Sequence record: PX068456.1
DNA: 64,000 nucleotides
Direction: 5' to 3' (one strand)
Source of the DNA: a phage
The position numbers and the translations under genes were made by a program. The notes under the pieces are model-generated. The model had not been told where the DNA came from. It worked only from the letters and a program-made list of their open reading frames with translations, and did no database searches. Below, one piece after another: positions 46,530 to 56,638 of the stretch (the first letter of the stretch is position 1; the number at the start of each line of letters is the position of its first letter).

Positions 46530-47093
46530 ATGGCTAAACTTTATTTCCGATATAGTCCGATGAACAGTGGTAAAAGCACACATCTTCTACAAACAGCTTG
46601 GAACTATAAAGAAAGAAATATGAAAGTTCTTCTTTTAACTTCAGCTTTAGATACCAGATCTGGTGGTGCTATTGCTTCTAGGATAGGTATTAAAGAGGAA
46701 GCAAAACCAGTTAAAACAAAAGAAGATATGCTGGAAATTTATACACAACTTAAAGAGAATCCAGTAGATGCAGTATTTGTGGACGAATCACAATTCCTAA
46801 CTAAAGATATGGTTGACATTCTTGGAGATGTGGTAGATAATTACGATATTCCTGTATTCTGTTATGGACTTAAAACAGATTTTGCTACAGAATTGTTTGA
46901 AGGTTCTGAACGGTTATTAGCCATAGCAGATTCCATTACAGAATTGAAAAGCATTTGTAAATGTGGAAGAAAAGCTATTTTCAATGCTAGACTTATCGAC
47001 TCTAAAGAACAGATTGTTATTGGAGGAGAAGACATTTACGAAACAATGTGTAGAAAATGTTATAACAGGAGAAATAATGCGTCTAGTATGTGA
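46530..47093 (+). CDS. tdk: thymidine kinase
   Basis: P-loop SPMNSGKST, C-terminal zinc-binding cysteines (CKCG...CRKC), 187 aa. Confidence 0.8.
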   Translation: MAKLYFRYSPMNSGKSTHLLQTAWNYKERNMKVLLLTSALDTRSGGAIASRIGIKEEAKPVKTKEDMLEIYTQLKENPVDAVFVDESQFLTKDMVDILGDVVDNYDIPVFCYGLKTDFATELFEGSERLLAIADSITELKSICKCGRKAIFNARLIDSKEQIVIGGEDIYETMCRKCYNRRNNASSM

Positions 47094-47667
47094 TTGGGAT
47101 TTAGTAATAGCTCCAGCGGATATAGAATGGTTAAATTGGTTAAATGCGGTAAGTAGATCTAATATCAAATTTGATAAGACACATAAAACTGTGCACTATG
47201 ATATTACGAAATATTTCCCTGATTTTAAAAAGCAATTTGGTGTAGATCCTTACTCTTTTTGGGATAACCAACATCTATATGATACTATGGGAGTAGTACC
47301 TAATAGTACAGATGTTGTTCATCGTATAATTGCAAATGGAGCTAATATATCTATAGCGAGCCACACTAAGGGTGGACACCTTAGTTCTAAATATAGACAC
47401 GTAACACGATCTTTAGATAAAGTGGATTTTAGTAGAACATCTGGTAATGGCTTTTTCGCAACAAAAGAAAAATACTTATTACCTTGCGATGTAACTATTG
47501 ACGATAGGGCTGAAAATCTTGTCCTGTTTCCAGATGAAACGTTGAAAATATATTTCAACACTATTTACGAAGATCCATATTTGGAAGAGTTAAAGAAACT
47601 TCCTAATGTAATTATCACTGGTTTAGATAATCAGTGGGAAGAAATTGAAAGTATTTTACTACCTTAA
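47077..47667 (+). CDS. HAD-family 5'(3')-deoxyribonucleotidase (candidate)
   Basis: HAD motif I CDWDLV near N-terminus; start re-chosen at ATG with AGGAG upstream (overlaps tdk end by 17 nt). Confidence 0.5.
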   Translation: MRLVCDWDLVIAPADIEWLNWLNAVSRSNIKFDKTHKTVHYDITKYFPDFKKQFGVDPYSFWDNQHLYDTMGVVPNSTDVVHRIIANGANISIASHTKGGHLSSKYRHVTRSLDKVDFSRTSGNGFFATKEKYLLPCDVTIDDRAENLVLFPDETLKIYFNTIYEDPYLEELKKLPNVIITGLDNQWEEIESILLP

Positions 47668-47676
47668 GGAGAAATA

Positions 47677-48648
47677 ATGACAAATTCTATTTCAGCAAAA
47701 ATTATTGCACACTCTCAAACATCCGAAGGTAAGGATATTGTTACCTTTGAACTTGAATATCCTCGAATCATTCACTCTGAATTGATGACGCATCGTTTGT
47801 TTTCTCGTAATGCCGCATCAAGTCGAGCTATCCCTGTTAAAACTCTGATTGAAATGGTACGGCAATCTCCAGCACGTCCTTATCGTTTTGGTGCTAACCA
47901 ACCAGGTATGCAAGATAAAGGCACAGATCACGATGCCCTGATTGATGCAGGTTACACTGCAAAAGAATGGTGGGACTTGGCTGCGCTAAGTGCTGCACGT
48001 TTTGCAGAAGAGTTTGCCCTTGCTGGGTATCATAAACAGGTTGCAAACCGCCTACTAGAACCATTTCAGCGTATGAAGACTGTAGTAACCACTACAGAGC
48101 TAGAAAACTTCTTGTGGTTGCGCGTAGATGCTGATGCAGATCCTACTATTGAGGCTCTTGCTAAAGAAATTAAAAAACTGTATGAATCTTCTGAACCATA
48201 TCTTCTTTTCCCAGGGGAATGGCATACACCTTACGTTAATCGTGATCGAGATCCAGAAACTGGTATGATCCGTTATTTCTTAGGTGAAACCTTCTCCAAC
48301 GAGAAAATGTTGACAGAAGATGAAGCAAAAGCTATTTCAGCTTCTTGTTGCGCTCAGGTAAGTTATCGTAAGTTGAATGATACTAAAGATAAAGCATTGG
48401 ATATCTATTCTCGTTTGCTGTCTGGACAAAAGGTACATGCATCTCCGTTTGAACACCAGGCAACGCCAATGAAAGAAATGGATTTGTCAGGATTAAAACA
48501 ACAGAAAGGTGGTATTAATATTCCTCCGTTCCCTTCCTCTTGGGAAGAAGGTATTACACATATGGATCGTAAACATCGTTTGTGGAGTGGAAACTTCTGT
48601 GGTTGGATTCAACATCGTCAACTTTTGACGAACCATACAAAATGGTGA
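47677..48648 (+). CDS. thyX: FAD-dependent thymidylate synthase (ThyX-like)
   Basis: THRLFSRNAASSR matches ThyX signature RHRxxSxNxxSxR pattern. Confidence 0.6.
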   Translation: MTNSISAKIIAHSQTSEGKDIVTFELEYPRIIHSELMTHRLFSRNAASSRAIPVKTLIEMVRQSPARPYRFGANQPGMQDKGTDHDALIDAGYTAKEWWDLAALSAARFAEEFALAGYHKQVANRLLEPFQRMKTVVTTTELENFLWLRVDADADPTIEALAKEIKKLYESSEPYLLFPGEWHTPYVNRDRDPETGMIRYFLGETFSNEKMLTEDEAKAISASCCAQVSYRKLNDTKDKALDIYSRLLSGQKVHASPFEHQATPMKEMDLSGLKQQKGGINIPPFPSSWEEGITHMDRKHRLWSGNFCGWIQHRQLLTNHTKW

Positions 48649-48665
48649 TCAACTTAAAATTATAG

Positions 48666-48694
48666 TTGACTTTTAATTGAGATTCGTGTAGTAT
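48666..48694 (+). promoter_or_regulatory. sigma70-like promoter candidate
   Basis: TTGACT, 17-nt spacer, TAGTAT; followed by inverted repeat GGAGAGC-TAT-GCTCTCC and RBS. Confidence 0.45.
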
Positions 48695-48745
48695 AGGCTA
48701 ACGTTAGGAGAGCTATGCTCTCCTTAAAAGAGAGAAGGAGAATTT

Positions 48746-49156
48746 ATGTCACTAATTAATACAACCATTTGGGCGACCGTAAGTATGTCTACCATTAAGG
48801 CTACACCGATCTGGAAAGAAATGACTAAAAAGCACGGAGGAAAAATTCCTCACGAGTATCATAACACTACATTGCGAGCAGCATTAGTAATGCTTGGTAT
48901 GTCTACCGATGGACATTATACAGTAGAACGTGGTGTTAATATTCGTAGTAACAACAATCGACGTGTGGTGTTTGCAAATACTACATTGTATACTTTCCCA
49001 GTTCGACAAGACTATAAATATAAGCGAATCTATCAAGGTGTAGATATTTTGCACTTTGGAGAAGAAGATTTTACAGGTTGGGGTAGCTCTCATATCAAAA
49101 TGGAAGACTTCGGAAATGAACATGATCCATCACGAGATGATGATTCTGAATTCTAA
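48746..49156 (+). CDS. hypothetical protein
   Basis: 136-aa ORF with GAAGGAG upstream. Confidence 0.5.
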   Translation: MSLINTTIWATVSMSTIKATPIWKEMTKKHGGKIPHEYHNTTLRAALVMLGMSTDGHYTVERGVNIRSNNNRRVVFANTTLYTFPVRQDYKYKRIYQGVDILHFGEEDFTGWGSSHIKMEDFGNEHDPSRDDDSEF

Positions 49157-49417
49157 TTGAGAGGCCAAATGACAGAAAGTAATAAATATGAAGGCTGTGA
49201 AATTGAAGTCTATTTTGATGAAACATTAGGTTGCAATGTAACAGTTATCCTTGATACATCTAAAAGATTATCCCCAAAAAGACAAGAAGCAGACCGCAAA
49301 GCAAAGGCAAAAGGTTTTGAAGGTATAGATCATTTTGAAGGTTTTCTATACGCAAATGGCTTATATAATGAGATGCGTGGCGGTTATGATGTAGATGTTC
49401 TAAACATGCACAATTAA
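49157..49417 (+). CDS. hypothetical protein
   Basis: 86-aa ORF. Confidence 0.45.
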   Translation: MRGQMTESNKYEGCEIEVYFDETLGCNVTVILDTSKRLSPKRQEADRKAKAKGFEGIDHFEGFLYANGLYNEMRGGYDVDVLNMHN

Positions 49418-49428
49418 TAGGAGAGGAA

Positions 49429-51690
49429 GTGACTCAGTATCTAAGCAAATCTATCCGTTATGTAACAAAAACAAACGGCAAGAAAGAAGAATTTAATCCA
49501 GAAAAACTTCGTAAATGGTCAGAGTTTGCTGCTGGTAAATTAAATTGGTCTGAAATTGAACTTGAAGCTGTTAAACGTTGTTACGACGGTGTGCCTACTC
49601 GTGATTTACATAAAGCTATGATAGCAGCATGTATTGATAAGAAAGATCAGGCATATAGTGATATGGCAGGTCGGTTACTTCTTGGTATGATTTATAAACA
49701 GGCTCATGGGGGATATCACAATATCCCCTCCCTCCTGGATTTCTACAATATGTCTGTAAGTAAAGGCTATTGGGGAAAAATGGATTATACAGAAGAAGAA
49801 ATTATTGAGATTGGTAAAATTGTCAATCACGATAAAAACCTAACTTATGGTTATTCCGTACTGCGCCAGATGGTTGATAAGTATCTTGTGAAAGATGCGA
49901 TCAATGATGTTGTTTTTGAATCACCACAGTTTTTATTCATTGGTGTAGCAATGAAGGTAATGGAAATCCAACCAAAAGATCGCAGAGTAGAAGACATTAA
50001 ACGTCTATATACCTACGTAAGTGATCTTAAGATTAATTTACCATCGCCTTATTTAACAACTTTGCGTACTAAGATTAAAGGTAGTGCTTCTTGTTGTCTG
50101 TTTAGAGCAGATGATACAGCAGAATCTTTAGCAATTGCTAACTATCTTGCGCATGAATATACATTGAATAATGCAGGTATTGGTGTTAACCTCCAAACCC
50201 GTGCTACAGGACAAGGTGTTAAGAACAACCGTATCGTTCACGGTGGTCTTTTACCATATCTGAAATGGATGGAAACAAGTGTTGGAGCATCAAAACAAGC
50301 AAGTCGTGGTGGAAGTGCAACAGTAACGTTCACAATATTAGAACCTGATTTTGAAGATCTGGTACGTTTGAAAAACCCAACTACTGTTAGTGAAAAACGA
50401 GTAGATAAACTTGATTACTCTATCGTAGTAAACAATGCTTTCCTGCGCCGTGCAGCAAAAGGTAAAGATTGGATGCTAGTTAGTTATGACGAAGCACCAG
50501 AACTCTATGAGGCGCTTTATAAAAGCGAGGAAGAGTTTGAAGAAGTATATGAAAAAGTTAGTCGCAAACGAATTAAGAAAAAGTTTGTAAAAGCACGAGA
50601 TCTTCTGGCAGAAATTATTACACAAAGAGCAGAGACAGGACGTATTTATATGTTCTTTGCGGATAATGCTAATAAGCATACTCCGTTTAAGGATGTTATT
50701 TATCAGTCAAACTTGTGCCAAGAAATTTTCTTACCTACGAAAGCATTTCACAATATGACTGATCTTTTCACAGGTGAGAATACAGAAGATCAAGAATTGG
50801 CATTATGCTTCCTGTCTTCTATTGTAGCTGGTCGTGTTACACCAGAAGAATATGAAGATGTTGCATATTATACAGTTCTAACTATTGATAATGTTATTGA
50901 AACAATGCAGTATCCGTTTAAACATAACGAAATAACTGCTAAAGCACGTAGGTCTATCGGTGTAGGTATTACAAACCTTGCACATTATCTGGCAAGTAAT
51001 TTTGTTACTTATTCAGATCCTTACGGCAAAAAACTAATTCACGAATTAGCAGAAAGGCATTATTACTGGTTAGCAAGAGCTTCTCTTCGTTTGGCAAAAG
51101 AGAAGGGTAATGCAGAATGGATGCATAAAACCAAATGGCCTGAAGGATGGTTGCCTATTGACACCTACGCTAAAGCTGTAGACGATATTGGCAATTTTAA
51201 ACTTAAAATGGATTGGGAAGGTTTACGACAAGATATCATTGCACAAGGCGGTATCCGAAATAGTGTATTAGCAGCTATTGCTCCGAATGAGTCCAGTAGT
51301 CTTGTAAGTAATACGACTAACTCTGTGTATCCTGTACGTGATACTATAGTTTATAAACAAAGCCAAAAAGGTAATGTCCTGTTTATTGTGCCAGACTATG
51401 ATAAACTAAAAGATATTTACCAATCGGCTTGGGATACGCCAGATAAAGATATGGCTGAAGCATATGGATTATTGACTAAATTCTTAGATCAAGGTGCATC
51501 ATGTGATAAGTGGATTGACTATTCTAAGATGGAAGGTGGTCGTTTATCCATTAAATCAGAAATGCAATATATCCTTCAGTTTGCAAAACTTGGTGGTAAA
51601 TCTTTGTACTATCTAAATAGTAGAACAAAATCGGCAACCTCACTCGCTCAAGAAGATGAAGAATCTGGTTGTGAGGCTTGTAAGATGTAA
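49429..51690 (+). CDS. nrdA: ribonucleoside-diphosphate reductase alpha subunit (class I)
   Basis: N-terminal ATP-cone-like segment, 753 aa, C-terminal Cys pair CEAC; GTG start after TAGGAGAGG. Confidence 0.8.
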   Translation: MTQYLSKSIRYVTKTNGKKEEFNPEKLRKWSEFAAGKLNWSEIELEAVKRCYDGVPTRDLHKAMIAACIDKKDQAYSDMAGRLLLGMIYKQAHGGYHNIPSLLDFYNMSVSKGYWGKMDYTEEEIIEIGKIVNHDKNLTYGYSVLRQMVDKYLVKDAINDVVFESPQFLFIGVAMKVMEIQPKDRRVEDIKRLYTYVSDLKINLPSPYLTTLRTKIKGSASCCLFRADDTAESLAIANYLAHEYTLNNAGIGVNLQTRATGQGVKNNRIVHGGLLPYLKWMETSVGASKQASRGGSATVTFTILEPDFEDLVRLKNPTTVSEKRVDKLDYSIVVNNAFLRRAAKGKDWMLVSYDEAPELYEALYKSEEEFEEVYEKVSRKRIKKKFVKARDLLAEIITQRAETGRIYMFFADNANKHTPFKDVIYQSNLCQEIFLPTKAFHNMTDLFTGENTEDQELALCFLSSIVAGRVTPEEYEDVAYYTVLTIDNVIETMQYPFKHNEITAKARRSIGVGITNLAHYLASNFVTYSDPYGKKLIHELAERHYYWLARASLRLAKEKGNAEWMHKTKWPEGWLPIDTYAKAVDDIGNFKLKMDWEGLRQDIIAQGGIRNSVLAAIAPNESSSLVSNTTNSVYPVRDTIVYKQSQKGNVLFIVPDYDKLKDIYQSAWDTPDKDMAEAYGLLTKFLDQGASCDKWIDYSKMEGGRLSIKSEMQYILQFAKLGGKSLYYLNSRTKSATSLAQEDEESGCEACKM

Positions 51691-51698
51691 TGAAACTA

Positions 51699-51720
51699 GG
51701 GGGCTTTGTCCCCCTTTCTT
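51699..51720 (+). terminator. stem-loop/terminator between nrdA and downstream genes
   Basis: GGGGGC-TTTG-TCCCCC followed by TTTCTT. Confidence 0.45.
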
Positions 51721-51730
51721 AAGGAGGAAT

Positions 51731-52066
51731 ATGCCTACATTAGTTGTATTACCTGGGGCAACACCACAAAGACGTTGGGGAAATTATACACTGGTAGATA
51801 GTAAAGATTTTACATTCGATTGGTGTTGCCATTATATTGCAGGTTTTCAATTTTCCAGTGTTGAAATATGGGCTTCCAATGATCCAGAAGCTACCTGGTA
51901 TGCTTTAACCAGGGCAAGATATGATGGAGAGGTTACTGTACTACTCACAAAGAGTGTATGGAACGCATTAGAGAAGGCTTACATAGAGAATGGTATGGAG
52001 AGAAAACACATTGATACAATAAAAGCAATGTGTGATATTGTGGAGGATTTAAATGGCAGCAATTAA
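51731..52066 (+). CDS. hypothetical protein between nrdA and nrdB
   Basis: Start re-chosen at ATG with AAGGAGG upstream (MPTLVVLPG...). Confidence 0.45.
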   Translation: MPTLVVLPGATPQRRWGNYTLVDSKDFTFDWCCHYIAGFQFSSVEIWASNDPEATWYALTRARYDGEVTVLLTKSVWNALEKAYIENGMERKHIDTIKAMCDIVEDLNGSN

Positions 52067-53138
52067 TTTATACAACGACACTTACAAAGAAGGTTTCTAT
52101 CCTGTATTTTTGGGAGAACAGTTAGGTATTTTTGATTCTATTAATGTAACATACCCAGAAATGCATCGTCTGTATAAACTACAAAAACAGCAAGATTGGG
52201 ATGAAAACGAAGTAGACTTAGATCAGACACGAAAAGATTTCGTAGCTTGTTCTAAAAGCAACTACGATGTTATGATCAAAAACCTATCTTTCCAATGGGA
52301 AAATGATTCACTTGCTAAATCAATTATCACTTTGTTTGCACCATTTTTAAGCAACAACGAAGCATGTGCAATGATGATGAAGCAATCAGAAATGGAAGTT
52401 TTACACGCTTTGACATATTCTGAAATTATTCGTCAGTGTATCCCTAATCCAAATGAAGTTATCGATCAGATTATGGAGAACGAAAGAATCTTCCAGAGGA
52501 TGGGTATAGTTGAAGAGGTAATGAGTGATCTGGCAGAGGCAGGACATAAATATGCTCTAGGTCTGATCGAGAAGGATGATAACCTTCGTCTACTGATCCT
52601 GAAAGGAATGATTGCACTTATCGGTCTGGAAGGCATTCAATTCATATCCTCTTTTGCTGCAACATTTGCCTTAGCAGAGCAGCAACTGTTTGTAGGTGCA
52701 GCTAAACTCATTCAAAAAATTATGTTGGATGAACTATTGCACGTTAAAATGGATTATGCTATTATTGATGCACTGCTGAAAGATCCTGTTTGGAGAAAAG
52801 TATACGAAGATAATATCGACGTTCTGACAGAAATTCTTGACACGGTAGTTGGACAAGAGGAAGATTGGTGTGACTATCTGTTTAGTGAAGGAAGGGTTAT
52901 CGTTGGTGGTAACGCAGAGTTGTTCAAACTTTGGGTTTACTTTAATGCTGCACCTATCTATCGCAGACTGAAAATGAAACACAAATTCCGTGCACCGAAG
53001 AAAAGTCCACTGCCTTGGATGGATGTTTGGTTAAATCCAGATCAAATTCAAGCAGCAGCACAGGAGATCCAAATTACAGCTTACAAACTGAATTCAGCAA
53101 ATAAAGATGTAAGTGATGACGAGGAGTTAGACTTTTAA
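52053..53138 (+). CDS. nrdB: ribonucleoside-diphosphate reductase beta subunit
   Basis: 361 aa directly downstream of nrdA; acidic C-terminal tail typical of R2. Confidence 0.7.
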   Translation: MAAINLYNDTYKEGFYPVFLGEQLGIFDSINVTYPEMHRLYKLQKQQDWDENEVDLDQTRKDFVACSKSNYDVMIKNLSFQWENDSLAKSIITLFAPFLSNNEACAMMMKQSEMEVLHALTYSEIIRQCIPNPNEVIDQIMENERIFQRMGIVEEVMSDLAEAGHKYALGLIEKDDNLRLLILKGMIALIGLEGIQFISSFAATFALAEQQLFVGAAKLIQKIMLDELLHVKMDYAIIDALLKDPVWRKVYEDNIDVLTEILDTVVGQEEDWCDYLFSEGRVIVGGNAELFKLWVYFNAAPIYRRLKMKHKFRAPKKSPLPWMDVWLNPDQIQAAAQEIQITAYKLNSANKDVSDDEELDF

Positions 53139-53356
53139 TGAAACTACTTTGTGTTGGATTAATTTCTGACTTCAAAGACGTTTTCGAAAAGGGAGCCTCT
53201 TACGAGGCTTCCGAATTACAGAATGGTTTCTGTGATGTTTACGGGAAACGTTTAAAAAAGAATGGTGATCATTGGCTAGGAGTTATGTCTTGCGGTCATA
53301 TTATAGTTAATGGTGTAGCCAAGTTTGAAATTATCAAAGGAGAAAAAGATGATTGA
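53138..53356 (+). CDS. hypothetical protein
   Basis: 72-aa ORF, ATGA overlap with nrdB. Confidence 0.4.
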   Translation: MKLLCVGLISDFKDVFEKGASYEASELQNGFCDVYGKRLKKNGDHWLGVMSCGHIIVNGVAKFEIIKGEKDD

Positions 53357-53531
53357 TTTTGCTGATGTAGATATTAATTCTGACTTAACAGAAGATGAAG
53401 GTGGCGCTTTTGTGTGTTCAGATGGAGAAAAATGTTTTACTCTGATGGTAGAAACTTATGATGGTATCACAGAAATTCTGTTAACAGAGAATGAGTTAAA
53501 ACAGATGTTAGAAAAGATTGAGGAGCTTTAA
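53349..53531 (+). CDS. hypothetical acidic protein
   Basis: Start re-chosen at ATG after AAAGGAG. Confidence 0.4.
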   Translation: MIDFADVDINSDLTEDEGGAFVCSDGEKCFTLMVETYDGITEILLTENELKQMLEKIEEL

Positions 53532-53533
53532 TA

Positions 53534-53680
53534 ATGGATGATGTAAGTATTTGTCCTGTCTGTGGTGGCACTGGGAATTTTATTGTTAGTATGGAACAAT
53601 TTATTCCTTGTTGGAATTGTAACGGTTTAGGTTTCGTTCATACGGAAGAAAAAGAAGAGGAGGAAGATAATGGGAACTAA
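53534..53680 (+). CDS. small zinc-ribbon protein (48 aa)
   Basis: CPVCGG...CWNCNG, acidic tail; below ORF-track cutoff. Confidence 0.4.
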   Translation: MDDVSICPVCGGTGNFIVSMEQFIPCWNCNGLGFVHTEEKEEEEDNGN

Positions 53681-53996
53681 TATTGAATGGCGTATGTTAC
53701 AGGGTGCGCCTTTTAATAAATGGGAAGAGGCTGTAGGAGAAGATCCTAGAATTGAAGAAGAATTTGATGGAGATTTTAACTGGTTCTTACAAGAAGGTCT
53801 TGATTTAAGTCGTATCTCTCCTTTCTATGACGCTGATGCATCTTATTGCATATATGGGATTTATTTAAAAGGTGGCGAAGGAAGTGTAGCTGTAGATCTT
53901 GAGCAACTAAATAAGAATGCAAAAGAAGTCTATGCACAACTTCTTGAAAAATATAACATTGAAACGGAAACTATTATTTCTCAACACGTTTGGTAA
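53670..53996 (+). CDS. hypothetical protein
   Basis: 108-aa ORF. Confidence 0.45.
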   Translation: MGTNIEWRMLQGAPFNKWEEAVGEDPRIEEEFDGDFNWFLQEGLDLSRISPFYDADASYCIYGIYLKGGEGSVAVDLEQLNKNAKEVYAQLLEKYNIETETIISQHVW

Positions 53997-54009
53997 GGAG
54001 GATAGTAGA

Positions 54010-54207
54010 ATGATGCTAGATCAACTGATCAATGCTCCTCGCGTAACAGTAAGTCCAAAAACATTTGCATCACTTTTAGAAGATGCTAAAGAGGTTTATA
54101 ACTTTACTGAAGAAGAGCTTCCTGTTCCTGTTGAAAAAGGTTCCAGATGGTTGTTTTATGAAGGTATTATTTTTACCGAAGGGAATAATTGGAAGGAGAC
54201 TAAATGA
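54010..54207 (+). CDS. hypothetical protein
   Basis: Start re-chosen at ATG after AAGGAGG. Confidence 0.4.
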   Translation: MMLDQLINAPRVTVSPKTFASLLEDAKEVYNFTEEELPVPVEKGSRWLFYEGIIFTEGNNWKETK

Positions 54208-55193
54208 AATACTTAGTAACAGGTGGTTTAGGCTTTATTGGAAGTGCGGTAGTTCGTTTCCTGGCTAAAAATACTAAGAATGATATTTACGTTATAGATA
54301 AATGGGGTTACGCTTCAGATCCTAGAAATTTATCAGAAACACCCAATGTAAAGTTTTGTCGTGTTGACTTGACAAATGCGCAGTTAACTGCTAAGATTGT
54401 GGCAGATGTTAATCCAGATTATATAATGCATCTTGCAGCAGAAAGTCACGTAGATAATTCAATAGCATCACCGAGTGTTTTTATAAATTCAAATATTGTT
54501 GGGACATTTAATCTCCTAGAAGCTGTTCGTTTAATGGGAGATAAATCAAATCTTAAAATGTTCCATCATATTTCAACAGATGAAGTATATGGTGATATGG
54601 AAGAAGGGGATTATCCGTTTACAGAACAGAATCCTTATAAGCCAAGTAGTCCATATGCTGCATCTAAGGCAGCAAGCGATCATTTGGTAAGAGCGTGGCA
54701 TCGTACTTATGGTATTCCGACAGTTATAACAAATTGTTCAAATAATTTTGGAGCATATCATCATCCAGAAAAACTAATACCTAAAACGATAACAAATATC
54801 TTGATGCATAAACCAATCCCTGTTTATGGTAATGGTCTTCAAGTAAGAGACTGGTTATACGTTGACGATCACGCAGAAGCATTACACCTAGTAGTAACTA
54901 AAGGCAAATCTGGAGAAACATATAATATTGGGAGCAGAAACCCTAGAACTAATATTGATGTAATCTATATGATTTGTGATTATATGGATGCGGTGTATCC
55001 ATCTGAAACAGATGCTTGTAGCCTCATTGAGATGGTTACAGATAGACCTGGGCATGATTTAAGATACGAAGTGAATCCTTATAAGATTGAAAAGGAATTA
55101 GGGTGGAAAGCTAAAGGCACATTTGAAGAAAAACTTTATTCAACCATTGATTGGTATGTAGATAACAAAGAGTGGTGGGAAAATAAAGTTTAA
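54204..55193 (+). CDS. rmlB: dTDP-glucose 4,6-dehydratase
   Basis: N-terminal Rossmann [10 protein letters not shown], catalytic YxxxK (YAASKAA), 329 aa. Confidence 0.8.
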   Translation: MKYLVTGGLGFIGSAVVRFLAKNTKNDIYVIDKWGYASDPRNLSETPNVKFCRVDLTNAQLTAKIVADVNPDYIMHLAAESHVDNSIASPSVFINSNIVGTFNLLEAVRLMGDKSNLKMFHHISTDEVYGDMEEGDYPFTEQNPYKPSSPYAASKAASDHLVRAWHRTYGIPTVITNCSNNFGAYHHPEKLIPKTITNILMHKPIPVYGNGLQVRDWLYVDDHAEALHLVVTKGKSGETYNIGSRNPRTNIDVIYMICDYMDAVYPSETDACSLIEMVTDRPGHDLRYEVNPYKIEKELGWKAKGTFEEKLYSTIDWYVDNKEWWENKV

Positions 55194-55201
55194 GGAGGAG
55201 T

Positions 55202-56071
55202 ATGAAAGGTATTATCTTAGCAGGTGGTAGTGGAACAAGACTTTACCCAGTTACTAAAGGGGTTAGTAAACAACTATTACCAATTTACGATAAACCTATG
55301 ATTTATTATCCACTCTCTGTCCTAATGCTTTCTGGAATTAGGGAAATACTAATAATTACAACACCAGAAGATCAAATTAATTTTGTAAATCTTCTAGGTG
55401 ATGGTTCTTCTTTTGGTATTTCCCTACAGTATGCAATACAAGAAAGCCCGAAAGGTTTAGCAGAAGCGTTTATTATTGGTGAGAGCTTTATTGGCGAAGA
55501 TTCTGTAGCACTTGTGCTAGGTGATAATTTATTCTTTGGTCAGAGTTTTGGTAGCATTTTAGATTCTGCTAAAGAACATATTGAAAAGAATGGTGGAGCT
55601 AATATTTTTGGGTATCACGTAAATGATCCTGAAAGATTTGGTGTTGTTGAGTTTGATTCTGAAGGTACAGTGGTGAGTATTGAAGAAAAACCAAAAACAC
55701 CAAAAAGCAACTATGCAGTTACAGGCTTGTACTTTTACGATAATTCTGTTATACAGAAAGCTAAGAGCGTTAAACCTTCTGCTAGAGGGGAGTTAGAGAT
55801 TACAGATATAAATGAGATGTACTGGAAAGAAAAGACTTTACGTGTCTGTAAACTAGGAAGAGGTTTCACTTGGCTGGATACAGGAACACATGAAAGTCTT
55901 ATGGAAGCATCTCAATTTGTTCATGCAATAGAAAAGCAACAAGGTATGAAGGTTGCATGCCTAGAAGAGATTGCTTTTAAAAATGAATGGATTACTTTAG
56001 ACTCTGTAAAAAGTTCTGGAGAGGTTTTAAGTAAAACAGACTACGGTAAGTATTTACTTAAATTAAAATAA
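55202..56071 (+). CDS. rmlA: glucose-1-phosphate thymidylyltransferase
   Basis: [18 protein letters not shown] signature N-terminus, 289 aa. Confidence 0.85.
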   Translation: MKGIILAGGSGTRLYPVTKGVSKQLLPIYDKPMIYYPLSVLMLSGIREILIITTPEDQINFVNLLGDGSSFGISLQYAIQESPKGLAEAFIIGESFIGEDSVALVLGDNLFFGQSFGSILDSAKEHIEKNGGANIFGYHVNDPERFGVVEFDSEGTVVSIEEKPKTPKSNYAVTGLYFYDNSVIQKAKSVKPSARGELEITDINEMYWKEKTLRVCKLGRGFTWLDTGTHESLMEASQFVHAIEKQQGMKVACLEEIAFKNEWITLDSVKSSGEVLSKTDYGKYLLKLK

Positions 56072-56083
56072 AGGGGGAATTAA

Positions 56084-56638
56084 ATGATTCAAGCAACAAA
56101 AATCGAAGATTTGTTGATCATTCAACCTGACGTTTACGGAGATGAACGTGGCTTTTTCTTAGAAAGTTTTAATCAGGCTTTATATGATCAATACATAGGT
56201 AAACAAAACTTTGTCCAGGATAACCACTCACGTTCTATTCGAGGAGTTCTACGTGGGCTTCATTTTCAAAAGAAAAACCCACAAGGGAAGTTAGTACGTT
56301 GTGTTCGTGGTGAAGTTTATGATGTTGCTGTAGATATTAGGGTTGGTAGTCCAACATTTGGAGAATGGGTAGGTGTTCTCTTATCTGAAAAGAATAAAAC
56401 ACAATTTTGGATTCCTCCTGGTTTCGCTCATGGCTTTGTTGTGATTAGCGACATTGCTGATTTTGAATATAAATGTACAGAATATTACGATCCGACTTCA
56501 GAGTGTAGTCTTGCGTGGAATGATCCAGATATCAATATAGATTGGGGTTTTGATTTAATCTTTAATGATATTAATTTTAAACCTATCTTGTCACAAAAAG
56601 ATCAGCAAGCCAAAACACTAAAGGAGATCATATTTTGA
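56084..56638 (+). CDS. rmlC: dTDP-4-dehydrorhamnose 3,5-epimerase
   Basis: Cupin-type RGLHFQ ... PPGFAHGF motifs, 184 aa. Confidence 0.8.
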   Translation: MIQATKIEDLLIIQPDVYGDERGFFLESFNQALYDQYIGKQNFVQDNHSRSIRGVLRGLHFQKKNPQGKLVRCVRGEVYDVAVDIRVGSPTFGEWVGVLLSEKNKTQFWIPPGFAHGFVVISDIADFEYKCTEYYDPTSECSLAWNDPDINIDWGFDLIFNDINFKPILSQKDQQAKTLKEIIF

